DNA of 64,000 nt from Octopus sinensis (lineage: Eukaryota): the NCBI RefSeq assembly GCF_006345805.1, contig NC_043006.1, forward strand, positions 64,542,001 through 64,606,000, written 5' to 3'. The position numbers and the translations under genes are program-made. The notes beneath the pieces are model-generated. The model was not told the DNA's origin. It ran no database searches and saw nothing but the letters and a program-made list of their open reading frames with translations. Position 1 is the first letter of the stretch. Each line of letters starts with the position of its first letter. Shown here in pieces: positions 1 to 12,910 of the stretch.

Positions 1-1148
1 TTCCAATCATGACTGTCTCCATTTACTCTGTCCAATGTGACTACTGTTTTAAAATAGTAGCATGAAACTTGAGATATATATAGGCTACTATTTCTAGCAG
101 GTCAAGCAACCTTGCAGAGACCACTCGTTGGTTTTCTTAAGGAGAGGTGAGTACCAGATAGGTACCACAGGCACAATAGAGTAGAACTGAAGTTTAAGAG
201 GTTGAATAAGTTTCCTTGCAGGCTTCAATGAAGATCAGTTGAACATTCAATTCTGGAAGTCTTTCAGCTTGAAGACTATGGACAGCTTCCAGGACTGCAT
301 CTCCGGCATTTATACAGTATGGGATGCTGTTTGGAATAAACACAATAAGCAAGGTAGGAACTTCAGCCTTTCTGAAACATGCACAATAAAAAAACTGCTT
401 TGCAATCAATCAATGTCAAAGCATTACCAACTTTTGGAAATGTATCAAAGAAGCTGTTGCTGCATATGGGATAAATCCAACCATCGGTAATCATTCATGA
501 GAATGTGCACCTCTCTTTCTTCCATTGACCAAGAAAAGCAAGTAAATTTGCCCATTTGGTGGCCAATAGCAAAAGGGATTGCTTGGTAGACAAGAGTAAA
601 AGGACCGAATGACAGAGAGACTTTCCACTTTGGTCAAAATGTCATCAGCCTCTTCAGATAGACCTTGGAGAGACGGAGAGGTTCAAGAGGTTGGAGAGAG
701 AGGTGAGGTATTCTTCTGTTCCAGTGAATTTGCTGGAAGTTGGGTGAGAGTGACAAGAATGGCCCAGACAAATAAATAGGTTTACTCTCTATTTGTGTAG
801 GTCAGAGTAGGATTACTTGGAGAGAGTCCTTGTACTTTGAAATCAGAGTGATCCTGAATCTGTAGGGTTCCTTAACTGGCCTTCCCTACTGTTAGAAGGA
901 TTGCCTTATGAATTCCATATCTGACATTTATTAATTTGTTGCTTGTTTTCTTCACAAACGATTTTTGCATAAACTTCATCATTTTCATTTTCTCGTCTCT
1001 GTAACATCTCCTTCATCAGCTGTCTTTGTGGTAAATATAATAATAATTTTAGCACAAGGCCAGCAATTTCAGCAGAATTTGAACTCAGAACATAAAGACA
1101 CACAAAATATCCCTAAACATTTTGTCTGGCATTCAATAATAATAATAA

Positions 1149-1183
<35 letters not shown>

Positions 1184-1571
1184 TCCACCTTAGCAAAGGC
1201 AGAGGTATTGTTTTCAGTCGTGTTTGTCCGTAGACAAGATATCTCAAGAACCACTGGATGGATTCGGATGAAACTTCCAGGGATGTTTAGACTCGTGACC
1301 AGCATGAACTGAATAGATTTTGGGATTGATCTGGTACCAGACAAGGATTCTGGATTATTTTTCCTGTGTTTTTTTTATTTTTGAGAGTGATCGGGTTCAT
1401 TTTTAGCATTCTTGTTTGTGAGAGCAATTGAGTTTATTTCAGATATTCTCATTTTAAAAATCATCTCTGGCTAATCGTTGAGAAGACATCTTGTGTTGCC
1501 TTGACAGAGGTTTGCACTCTCTGAGTGCTCTTGTAATTATAATTATCATTATCATCATCATCGTTATTATT

Positions 1572-1757
1572 AAGGCAGCAAGCTGGCAGAATCGCTGGAC
1601 AATATGCTTGGCGGTATTTTATCTGCCACTATGTTCTGAGTTCAAATTCCACTGAAGTTGACTTTGCCTTTCATCCAGCCAAATACTGGGGTCGATGTAA
1701 TCAACTACCCCCCTCCCCAAAATTTCAGGCCTTGTGCCTATAGTAGAAAGGATCATT
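1572..1757 (+). mobile_element. tRNA-derived SINE, family B (older copy)
   Basis: Head ggcagcaagctggcagaatcg with B-box-like gttcaaattcc, body actttgcctttcatcc...ggggtcgatgtaatc, tail ggccttgtgcctatagtagaaagg. The same motifs recur more than 15 times in the window (e.g. 1985-2165, 20760-20945 minus, 30635-30905, 58320-58500 minus). Confidence 0.85.
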
Positions 1758-2956
1758 ATTATTTTATTGTCTTTGCACATCTTCTAACGGGGGGGAGATG
1801 TACTACAGTGCCAGCTGTTCACTACCAGTGAACTAAGGTAACACCCTTATTTTTCGAGCACCATCCAGAGTATTCAAGCAGTTCCAAGCAGTGCTGTTTT
1901 CTCCAAGTGCTCTACCCTTATTGCAACCCTTATTTGTTCCATGTACTTCAAGATTTTTACTCACTGTTGCTGTTGTTATTATTATTATTATTAAGCAGAC
2001 GAGGGTGGAGAGCTGCTAGAACTGTTAGCATGTCAAGTAAAATACTTAGCGGTATTTCGTCAGTCTTTAGACCTTTAGACTCTAATTTCAAATTCCATCG
2101 AAGTTGACTTCGCTGTTTAGAATGGACAAAACAAGTACCAGTTGCACACTGAGGTCAATGTAAATAGGACAGGCTTCTTTCACTCGTCCTAGTCAAAAAA
2201 TCCATTTTGTTTTTCTTCCAAACAGATGAAAAGAGGAACACAAATTCATTTATTTTTAATATATCATTTCATTTTGACAAAAGTTGAAATGCTTTGACAC
2301 ATTTGAACTTTCAACAATTGTTCACTTAAATTTTATTGTCATTCTGAGTGCGTGGGTGTGTGTATGTGTTGCGTTGTGTATTGTGCGTGACTGTATGTGT
2401 CTATAATAATGTGTGCATGTGTAAATTATAGATTATATGCGTTGAAGTGAATGTGTCACTATGTCTCGCTTATATGAACACATGCGAGTCCATGTGTGTG
2501 CGTGCGTGTGTATATATGCATGCTTGTTAGTATGTCACAACAAAAAGATGATTAACGTGTTACGCTATTATTGTTCCCAGGAAGCTTCTTTCACCATCAA
2601 AACTATCACCACCACCACCCCTACCACCACAATCACTGCCACCACCACCACAATCACCACAATCACCGCCATCATCATCAATACTACATCCACAACCACT
2701 ACGAGTTACTTTTTTTTTTAACGAGTTACTTTTTTTTTTAACTAACTTGGTTGGACAGCCATATGATGCTGTTGTAGCAAGGCTCTGGGAGTGTTATACT
2801 TGCGCCCGGTTTATTTATGGGGGGTGGCGGTAGAGTGTTTGTAAAGGGACTCACATAGACAGGGACCGTTAAAGGGATGCTGCATAACTCAAGTTTTATT
2901 ACAAGACTGACAACATATATCAACATATAAATATACACCAATGTGGAAGGCTAAGT

Positions 2957-3239
2957 CAGCGGTTCTCAACAGCGGCTCCCAGGGCCACCACGTCCCGGTC
3001 CTCGACGGTCTTTCTCTCATCATCATCATCATCACATTATCACCATTTAGCGTCCGCTTTCCATGCTAGCATGGGTTGGACGGTTCAACTGGGGTCTGTG
3101 AAGCCAGAAGGCTGCATCAGGCCCACTCTGATCTATAAATAAAAAAATTTCTTTCACTTGTGTTTTTATTTTTTTGGTGTAGCCCCTAAAAAAAAACCAG
3201 GTTTAGGATCTGAATTAAAAAGGCTGAGAACTACTACTG
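2957..3239. mobile_element. possible hAT-type MITE relic interrupted by a retroposon tail
   Basis: Left end cagcggttctcaac and right end gctgagaactactactg resemble cagtggttctcaac-type TIRs. They are imperfect and no 8-bp TSD is visible. Confidence 0.3.
3018..3134 (-). mobile_element. 3' end of an RTE-type retroposon with (GAT)n tail
   Basis: (cat)n followed by tttagcgtccgctttccatgctagcatgggttggacggttcaactggggtc. Recognised from memory as a common cephalopod RTE-related 3' end; not verified by search. Confidence 0.5.
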
Positions 3240-3401
3240 TAAATAAGTCACTAAAATCGCTAGAAATAGCTGTTTAATGTCTTCCTGAAAATCGCACAAA
3301 TTTTATGTCGTTAAAACGGGAATAACACATGGGGTAATATAGATTTAAATATATGAGGTCTGAAATAATGGACAGAAGGCTATAGCTGGCATATGTATTT
3401 C

Positions 3402-3526
3402 TTAAAAAATAGGGTCTAATAGAAATTCAAATGACATTGACAAGTACACAAAATCGTTGAAATGGATGGAGTTGGGGTTAGGGCCGTCAAGAAACTGTAA
3501 AAAGCTGGCCTCTGGATTATGGAAAA
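3402..3526 (-). CDS. candidate terminal coding exon (unidentified)
   Basis: Minus-strand poly(T) tract + GCAG acceptor (3527-3529). The phase-1 frame reads FHNPEASFLQFLDGPNPNSIHFNDFVYLSMSFEFLLDPIF*. No family recognised. Confidence 0.25.
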
Positions 3527-3761
3527 CTGCAAAAAAAAAAAAAAAAAAAAACAAACAAACACAAACAAAATTTGAGAGAGAAGAAAAAGAGACACCCAAA
3601 TTTGAAAGTTATAAAGAAGAAAAAAAAAGGGACAAGGCGCGCGCGAGTGTGTATGTGTGCGCGCGCACAAACGTAGAGGAACGTTAACTTCATTGGAAGA
3701 ATGCGCTCAGAATAGTGCAAGAAGCCAATCAATGGTTTTACTGCATCATACGTGTATACTG

Positions 3762-3841
<80 letters not shown>

Positions 3842-4127
3842 AGTTGATGGATAGATCACCAGTTACGTATTATAAATGCGCGCGTGTATGTGTGTGTGTG
3901 TGTGTGTGTGTGCACATGTAGATACACACATGTATATATATGTATACATAAGACATAGCTACCATACATTCAAGATGATATATATGAATGCTAATGTCAT
4001 GATAATGCTTGATATCCTGCGGTTGATGCAAGTAAAAAAATGTGTGCACAGTTTAAATATCAAAATATATTGGAAACATAATCTAGAAGAATAAATATTA
4101 ATATTTTTCTCTCACACACGCAAATAC

Positions 4128-4174
<47 letters not shown>

Positions 4175-4292
4175 ATACATATATATATACACACACATAC
4201 ATATATACATACATACATATATACATACATACATACATACATATATATATATACACACACATACATATATACATACATACATATATACATAC

Positions 4293-4338
<46 letters not shown>

Positions 4339-4467
4339 TACATACATACATACATACATACATACATACACATATCTAGACACAAATTTTAATACCTATG
4401 CATAAACAATGTTTCTAGTCGTATACATATAGGTATTTAGCAGCATATAAATTTAGATGGACAGAAA

Positions 4468-4469
<2 letters not shown>

Positions 4470-4517
<48 letters not shown>

Positions 4518-4538
4518 GATAGAGATAGAGATAGATAG

Positions 4539-4593
<55 letters not shown>

Positions 4594-4637
4594 CACAGAG
4601 ATTAGGTAGATAGATAGATAGATACACAGAGATTAGG

Positions 4638-4702
<65 letters not shown>

Positions 4703-4710
4703 GGATAGAT
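4470..4710. repeat. compound (GA)n-(GATAGA)n-(GATA)n microsatellite
   Basis: Seen directly; includes two copies of acacagagattaggtagatagatagatagat (about 4593 and 4625). Confidence 0.95.
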
Positions 4711-5274
4711 AGATAGGCAGGCAAACAGACAGAAAAAGAAAAGAGAGATGAGATTGTGATAGAACGATAAACGGATAGACTGCGAGATTTAACTGGATAG
4801 AGCTGACAGACAGATTAAAGAAAACAAAAGAAGGAAAAAAAAAGCATGAAAGAAATAAAAGGAGTGTTGTAGACAATAAATATAATCTGCCCAGTTAATG
4901 TTAATGTTAACGGAAACACAATCACATCGGAATGGCGTCACAGGCATTTTGTCATGCCGATGGAATTTATATTTCTTCACCAATGTAAACATGCTGCATC
5001 ATCCACACAACTGCCCGCCGGCCAGCAGGCCTGCCGTACAGTCATGTTGCATCAATGGAAACAAGACACCCTTCCTCTCCCGTGCACATAATCATGCACG
5101 CACACATTCCATTTCGTGGATGCCTCGCATACTCCATCTGAGATGAGAGACATTCCTTGTTGTTATCACACCAAATTGTCTCGTCCCTTGGAAGTACGTC
5201 GGGTTTCCCCGCCTATAAAACGTGCTTCAACGCCGTTTTATTCGTGGATGGGACACTGTACGTCAGCATACACA

Positions 5275-5322
<48 letters not shown>

Positions 5323-5368
5323 TACATACATACACAGATCTATGCAATATATACAGACACACATACAC

Positions 5369-5401
<33 letters not shown>

Positions 5402-5503
5402 CGGGCAATTTTCCCATACGCCTGTCAGGTTTCCTACCGTAAATCAAATTTAAACGATGCCTTAACAATGAAATAACTGGTGCGTGTTTATACGGACACA
5501 TGA

Positions 5504-5580
<77 letters not shown>

Positions 5581-6066
5581 TACACACCGTAACATGACAG
5601 TATTTTCAAGTGTATTATATTCGGTAACTGAACTCTCTTCGCAGGACAGTGTGTTTATGTACATATACACTTCTGTGCGTCCCATACTGTTTTGAGAGAT
5701 ATGTAATTTTTTTGTAAAAAATGACATCTTCACTTATGGGGACACTATCAACACACAATGTATTTTGTTTTGGGACTAACTTATCTTCTACTATAGCCCA
5801 GGGTCGACCAAAAACCTTGTGAGTGGATTCGGTCGACAGAAACTGAAAGAAGACCGTCAAGTGCGTCTGTGTTTATACTCTTTTACTTGTTTCAGTCATT
5901 TGACTGCGGCAGTGCTGGAGCACCGCCTTTAGTCGAGCAAATCGACCCCAGGATTTATTATTTGTAAACCTAGTACTTATTCTATCGTTCATTTTTGCCG
6001 AACCGACAAGTTACGGGGACATACACACACCAGCATCGGTTGTCAAGCGACGTTGGGGGGACAAAC

Positions 6067-6110
<44 letters not shown>

Positions 6111-6745
6111 TATATATATTATATATATATATACATATATATAATGTGAGAGCATGTATGTATATATATATAATGTGAGAGCATGTGTGTATATGTCTCC
6201 ACACATACACGCCACTTGACAACCAGTGTTGGTTTGTTTATGTCCATGTAATGAAGAAGTGGTTCGGCAAAAGGGATGGATAGGATAAGTATGAGACTTT
6301 AACAAAACAAGTAATGGGGTTGATTTGTTCAACTAAACCCATCAATGCGGTACTCCAGCATGGCCGCAGTCCAGTGATTGAAACAAGTAAAAGAGAAAAG
6401 ACAACACAGAGACATATTACGTATGTATCCCTTACGTTGTGTGTTTGTGTGTGTGTTTTATTGAGAACGAAACAGTTTAAACACGGTAATATTAGATTCA
6501 ATGAACAATCAACATGCTGTGAACACATCAAATAACACAGACATACATGTACAAGTATATATATTTATGCAATAACACACATTCACTTTTGTGAGATACA
6601 CACGTACATAGACATCTGTTTTTTTTTTAACCATAAAACAACATTTTAAAACACGTTTTATACTCGAAAATTAAAGTGATGTGTATGCGTGTGCATACAC
6701 ACAGGAAATCGCATATATATATATTATATATATACACACACACAC

Positions 6746-6789
<44 letters not shown>

Positions 6790-6907
6790 GTCCAACACAT
6801 GCTCATGCAGAGAGGGAGGGAGAGGGTGAGAGATTTGTGAGTAATGTTTACGCAAGTCAGCTGAGTAAAAATTGTGGCGGGAATTTCCAGACACACCACC
6901 ATATTAC

Positions 6908-7345
6908 AGACGCGGGCGAGGCCGTGTGATAAAAAGTTTGTTTCTCAACCACATGGTTCCGGGTTCTATTCCAGGGGGTGGCATCTTGGGCAAGCGTCTT
7001 CTACTAAAGCACCCAGGCCGACCACAAAGCCTTGTAAAGGGCTTGGTAGACGAAAACTTGAAGCCCGTTGCGAGCACGTGTATGGTTGTGGGTGCGCGCG
7101 CGTATCTATGTGCGTACTTGCGTCTGCGTTTGTTTCCCCACTACCACTACTTAACCGGTGTTCGTTTGTTTACGTCCCCGTAAACTTGCGATTCAGCAGA
7201 AAAAAAAAGCTAATAGAATAAGTACTAGACGTTAGATAATGTAAATAAGTACAGGAATCGATTTGTTCGACTAACACCCCGCCCACCCATGAAAGTGCCC
7301 CAGCATGGACGCAATCCAATGACTAAAACAAGAAAAAAATAAAAG
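6908..7345 (+). mobile_element. tRNA-derived CORE-like SINE, family A
   Basis: Head with ggttccgggttctattcc, core ttgggcaagcgtcttctact, internal TG-rich tract, 3' part ccccagcatggacgcaatccaatgactaaaacaag. Confidence 0.8.
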
Positions 7346-7984
7346 GCATGTTGATTCTGCGTCGTGGCCTCTACGTAGTCGCTCGACTTGCTAGACATAG
7401 AAGCTGCATCTCTCTCAAACCACGTCCTACTGTCCAGAGTACACAGTTTCCGAAGACAAATGATAGCATGATCACGGCTGCAACGGCTGTCTTTGTGTCT
7501 GTCCCAAACCACCGTTTGACAATCGGTGTTGGTTTGTTTATGTCCTTATATATCTCAGCGGTTCAACAAAAGTTCCAGATAGAGTAACTAACTACCAAGT
7601 TTAAAAAACTAGGTGCGATTTGTTCGAATAAACCCTTCAAGGTGGTACCCCAGCATGGCCACAGTCCAGCGATTGGGAAAAGTAAACGATAAAAGAAAAA
7701 GAACTTTAAAACTATTTACCCCTTATGTACCCTTTATCCATTTTTTTCTTTAAGAGACTTAGGGTGCTATTTAATGGGGTATGGTGCGGCGATCAAATCG
7801 AACAGAGAACAACTTTGATAAAATTAAACGATAAAATATCAGGTGTGACTGTAAAAAAAGTAGTCTCGAATCTTCGGACTGATTAGGGTTGGTTGCCCAA
7901 TTTCCATGGGGTAGGAGTGATCGTGGGCACAATTCACCCGAATGGGATGCCAGTTCATTGCAAGGTTATTTACAGCGGGGTGGA

Positions 7985-8102
7985 CTGGAGCAACGCGAAA
8001 CGAGATGTCTTGCTCAAGAGCACAACGTGCTGGTTGGTCCGGGAATCGAAATCGCGATCTTGCGATCGTGAGTGCAACTACCTAACCACTAGGCCACGTG
8101 CC
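7985..8102 (-). mobile_element. tRNA-derived SINE head, family C type
   Basis: Reverse complement reads ggcacgtggcctagtggttagg (A box)...tttcgattcccgg (B box)...ttgagcaagacatctcgtttcgcgttgctccagtccac. Confidence 0.75.
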
Positions 8103-9012
8103 GCCCCCATTACCAGGCTACCTTGAGTGTATTTAGCAGAGTTTACTCAGACGCAAGCTTTCAGGTAGGTCGCTAAATTGAGGATATTCCTCTCTCTCTC
8201 TCTCCCTCCCTCCTAGTCTCTGAGGTCTGTAATGGATCATAGGCACTGCTTTTCCTCCTATCATCAGCCTCATTTTAACTTTTAACACACCCATATGGGT
8301 CGGACGGAATTCGTTGAAGCGGATGTTCAACGGCGGGAGGCCCCTCCCTGTCGCCCAAACCTCACCCGTTCCCAAGCAAGGTAATATTTCCCTAAGGCCA
8401 GACATGTTTCCAGGGAAGATTGGAAACGAAAGACACCACTTGCATGATCGTGACGCTTGTTTACAACTACCGAACGATATCAAAGAGAAAAGAGACGGTA
8501 ACGCACACACACGCACGTTGTGTATGTAGGAGAACACACTATATACTACAACAGAATTTTTCATTCTGGGCTCATATAATAAATTTCAGAGTTGTGCGAG
8601 AGATACAGTGCCTTTTTTAAAAAAATGGTTATTCTATCAAACAATTTTTGTCTTAAAATTGGGGTGACGAGATTGTCGAAATATAAGGTAGTGAACACTT
8701 ATTTTTCTTCTTAATCGTATAAAGTTTCCGTGACAAAATAACTGAATGACAAAGTGAATAAGTTCATAATGAAATAAATTATTTTACCGTGTGAAAGAAA
8801 ATTCTAGCGTTACCGAGTGGGAGGCGTCACCGCCTTGGAGAGTTTAGTCGGACGAACCAACGCCAACACGTAAGGTCTTTCGCCGAACCGCTAAGTCATA
8901 GGGATACTTTCCAAGAAACGAACACTGGTTGTCAAGGGAAGGGGTGAGGTGACAGACACAAAGAAGCGCGTGCGCACTCACATAACTAAGTATGTTTGGG
9001 TATGTTTGCAGT

Positions 9013-9411
9013 GGAGGCGCAATGGCCCAGTGGTTAGGGCAACGGACTCGCGGTCGTGGGATCACAGTTTCGATTTCCAGACCGGGCGTTGTGAGTGTTT
9101 GTTGAGCGAAAACACTTAAAAGCTCCATGAGGATCCGGCACGGGAAGGTGACGAACCCTGCTGTACCCTTTCACCACAACTTTCTCTCATTTTTTCTTCC
9201 TGCTTCTGTTGTACTTGTATTTCAAGGGGGCCAGCCTTGTCACACTGTGTCACGCTGAATCTCCCCGAGGGGAGATTCAGCGTGACACAGAGTGTGACAA
9301 GGGAACACGTATCTGTGGAGTGCTCAGCTACTTGCACGTTAATTTCACGAGCAGGCTGTTCCGTTGATCGGATCAACAGGGGCCCTCGTCGTCGTAACCG
9401 ACGGAGTGCCA
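9013..9411 (+). mobile_element. tRNA-derived SINE, family C, near full length
   Basis: A box tggcccagtgg, B box gtttcgatttcc, and tail cgtcgtaaccgacggagtgcca shared with 21674-21963 and 63175-63200. Confidence 0.85.
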
Positions 9412-9725
9412 CGATATATGTTTGTGTATGTATGTATGACGGTTTTCCACAGTTTCAATGCACTGGTCAGCCCGGGGCTATAGCAAAAAGACATTTTACC
9501 ACGGTGTCGCGCAGCGGGGTTGAACCCGAAACGACATGGTTGGCAAATTGAGTTTCGAGGACTACATTGCTCAATGTGTCCTTCTCTTCTTACGACGGTT
9601 ACATGTGATTTAGCTGCTATTTCATGCAAATCGAGTGCCTACATACGTAGAGGTTCGGTCGTTATTTCCTGACGCTCATGTAAAATCGTAAATAAAAATG
9701 GTGGGGTGGCAGTAGCAGCAGCAAC

Positions 9726-9764
<39 letters not shown>

Positions 9765-10082
9765 TATATCTAAAGGTACTAATGAGGTGGTGATGGTTGG
9801 TGGTGGCGATGATGATCTAAGATCTATTGTGTAACTTGTCAGAGTGACAGAAGGGAGTGGTGATTCACAGACCACCTGCTTTGATTGAGGACAGAAAACT
9901 AAGACAAGACAACAAAACTAGCAGAGCAGGTGCAGTGAGGCGGTGTCGAGAAGGTGGCGGTGGCGGGAAAATGGTAGTGGTGGTGGTGAGTGCGAGAGGT
10001 ATAGATAGCTACAGAAGAAGGGGGTGGTTTATGGTTGTTGTTTTGTCAGGAGAATCCAGCTGATCCAATTTTTTTTTTCTAG

Positions 10083-10173
10083 TCACGAACGTTGACGACA
10101 GTAAAACTGGTCCGTTCTACCTTCGTCCCAAGCTGTTGGAAAGGCCCACGTGGGACTCTATTTCACAAAGAGG
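10083..10173 (+). other. candidate exon (91 nt)
   Basis: (T)9CTAG acceptor and AGG|GTAAAT donor. Two frames are open (TNVDDSKTGPFYLRPKLLERPTWDSISQR or SRTLTTVKLVRSTFVPSCWKGPRGTLFHKE). No family recognised. Confidence 0.2.
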
Positions 10174-11062
10174 GTAAATGCAGATGTAATTCTACTTATT
10201 TCTACAACGGACCGGTGCCCAATCCATGTGGAATGCTGTGATCTCGACCACTTATACACCGTGGAAATCATGAGATAAATGACTTTGTGTGAGTGTGAGG
10301 GCATATATATATATATATACACACACACACTGACTACATTATCTAATGAGTCTTGAGGAAAATTTGGTTGCTATTTCTAGCACATAGATAAAAGGCTCTT
10401 CTGCTGGTTCCTGAAATAAGAGTTATTGGTGATGGTACGGGTTTCTGTTTAAGGCGTTCCAGCCATGATCATCCCAATTTTTTGCATTTCTAAGACTGCA
10501 TAGTCCAATGTGTTCTTTCGTTATTGAAGAATGTGACTTGAGAGATAGTTGGTTGCTATTTCCAGCAGGTCGAGTGTCTACGTAGAGGTTTCCTCAAACG
10601 GTGGGTGGGTCATGTGGAGTGACGGCAGAAGTGAAATGAAAGTTTGGTAGTAGTTGTATTATTGTGGTGGTAGGAGTTCTATGAAAGTGGTGTGGTTGTG
10701 GTGGGAAGAGAACGTTATGAAATGTCAACTTTTTTTCCTCTCTCTATATTATATATATATCTCCTTATCGTTTTCCTCTCCAGTGCTCTACTACTACTAA
10801 TACTACTACTGCTACTACTACCACCACCGCTGTCGTCGCCTACGCCCCAATTTGTCAGCTGTCTGCGCCCTCCTTTACACAGCTTATACTCTCTCTCTCT
10901 CTCTCTCTCTCTCTGTTTATGTTTGTGAGTATATTTCTCTTTATGCGTATGAGGAAAGGGGAAAGTGTTGTCAACTGTGTTCAATTAACAAACTATAACG
11001 CGTTTTTCTCTCCTACCTCTCCTCTTTCACTCTCTCCATCTTCATATGTATATATTTCGGCC

Positions 11063-11143
11063 CACGTGCGCATTTGCATCCAATGTCAAAAAGTACTGTC
11101 GCCAATGTGCCAAATCGTCAGCGTCCAAACAACCACGCCCAAT
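11063..11143. promoter_or_regulatory. candidate cis-regulatory motif cluster
   Basis: CACGTG 11063-11068, octamer ATTTGCAT 11072-11079, CCAAT at 11080, 11102 and 11139, CCACGCCC 11133-11140. Confidence 0.3.
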
Positions 11144-11349
11144 TGTCTGTCTCATTTTGTGACATTACCTTTTTTGTTACCGAGGATCAATACTAAATAC
11201 CAAATGTTATTCTTTACCCTCTAGGCCATTCCTATCCAGAAGACCTAAATTAAATACTTGTTTGTTTTGTCTAAGACAGGATCTTGAACTGAGAACATCA
11301 AAAGCCGTAACTAAACGGACCACAAATCATTTTCTTCGACGCTCTGACG

Positions 11350-12060
11350 ATTGTAACAATCCACTGCCTTAATTATATTTACAGATCCTAGAGTTGCTGC
11401 TCCCTGGAACGTGTCCATCTTCAAAGGTAATCTCACTAATATCCTCAGAGAACTGGAAATGTTCCAGGTGTACCAACTATAAATGGGATGATATAGACAC
11501 ATTTTTTAATTGCTATAACGCTTGTTAATTTGTTTTTCGTTCAACTGATAGGATGGTGTAATTCTTAAACTTATCAATTCGTTTCCGCACAGTAGTTATA
11601 TGACACCGCTATATCGATAATACATTGTTGTTATGGAGAATGAGGTCAGATGTATTAAGCACTATCTGGTGATCTGTCAGTAGGCCAAAGTTCCATAATC
11701 TTTTCACATTTCCTAAGAAAGGTGGAGATTCAGGAGTACCAGAGAAGAGTTTATTTGCAGTAATTGAAATTCTGTGACCAGGTGTAATTCACAGTTTTTG
11801 CTAAGTTATTATTATGCGTCTCCACGTATATTTTGTCGACATAAGTATGAACTTTCTACTGCTCCACATAGGTTCCATTTATTCTGTAAGGATTGTGCGA
11901 ATTTCCTTCAAAATATCTATTAGTAATAGCCTCTTCCTATGAGTTGGAAATGATTGCCTTGAGGTTTCCTAGGACACTCAATAATATTTCTATACTCACA
12001 GGTAGTTGTATGATATTAGATTGAGACCCCCTTCGGTCATAAATGACAGTGGAATTGCAC
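11350..12060 (-). mobile_element. degenerate 3' part of an R4/Dong-like (RLE-type) non-LTR retrotransposon ORF
   Basis: Frameshifted minus-strand peptides in the expected order: CGAVESSYLC (zinc-knuckle-like), Y-x-x-RHNNNLAK, LWNFGLLTDHQI..SDLILH (RLE PD region), VYIIPFIVGTPGT, and FQGAATLGSVNIIKAV (typical C-terminus). Confidence 0.75.
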
Positions 12061-12384
12061 CTAGAAAGTTCCCCTCCGAGTTACAAGTCCGGGCAAGGTT
12101 GTGTATGGAAGACCAGCAGTCGCCCATGCATACCAGCCTCCACTCTCCACGCCACCGATGTTATCCCCGAAAAAGGCAAACGCTCATACAGTTTGGAACC
12201 AGTGATGTCACAACTTATTTCTAATTCTGAGTGAACAAGAGCAACGGGAAATAGTGTCTTATGCAAGAACAAAACACACAGCCCGGTCCGGGAATCGAAC
12301 TCGCTATCTTATGGGATGGTTGTGATATGTTAGTGGAGGGAGGTAACAGACCTCTCGTACTATATTTTAAAACAATTTGTCACA

Positions 12385-12910
12385 GTCATCAGCAAATGTT
12401 CGATTCGGATCTCCAAGTGAATAAGAACTGCAACGAGATTTCCGAGGAGAATGAATAAGAGCTGAGATAATCTATCAGTAAAAGATGGTGCAGGAGGAGC
12501 AAACACCTGCTGTTGCAGAGGATGAGGAGCAGGTGCGATCGCCCTTTATCAAGCACGTCTCTTTGACAGACCTGCAGTTTTGAATGAACTGAAGACGAAG
12601 ACTTTACATCTTGGATGTTGAGTCGCTTAGTTCTCTGCCAACTGAGATATGATGCTGACGGAACTTCCACGTCAGCATTCTATAGAGTAGAGGACAAGTG
12701 GTGGACAACAGCGACAATGTTCTCAGGGTATCGACAAAAGTCATCTAGCTTGTCTGTTCTGGGGAGTGTTCGGTCTATAGACGATATATTGAGAAATCCC
12801 AGATCTAACAGTGCTGCGCAGCATGGAGACAATCAAAATAAACTCTGCAGATGCTTACGTGCCGTCCAGATCTAACATCCACCTGGAACAACGAAACCAT
12901 GTCGTGCGCG
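12385..12910 (-). mobile_element. degenerate non-LTR reverse transcriptase fragment
   Basis: Ordered RT motif remnants: HGFV (about 12900), AALLDL..SIDR (about 12820-12775), QVCQRDVL (GVxQGDVL-like, about 12570) and FADD (12396-12385). Confidence 0.55.

Noticed and set aside
1-960. Possible LINE remnant on the minus strand; shares atcag.gt.atcctgaatctgtag.gtt with 13315-13342
   Set aside because: It is probably an old repeat, but I could not recover ordered endonuclease/RT motifs, so no family call is supportable.
2701-2740. Perfect 20-bp tandem duplication acgagttactttttttttta (similar small duplications at 6140-6195 and 15095-15125)
   Set aside because: These are ordinary slippage products next to homopolymers or microsatellites.
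9013-9085. tRNA-like sequences with A and B boxes (also 21674, 62524, 8102 minus)
   Set aside because: No complete cloverleaf or acceptor stem, and they run directly into SINE bodies, so they are SINE heads rather than tRNA genes.
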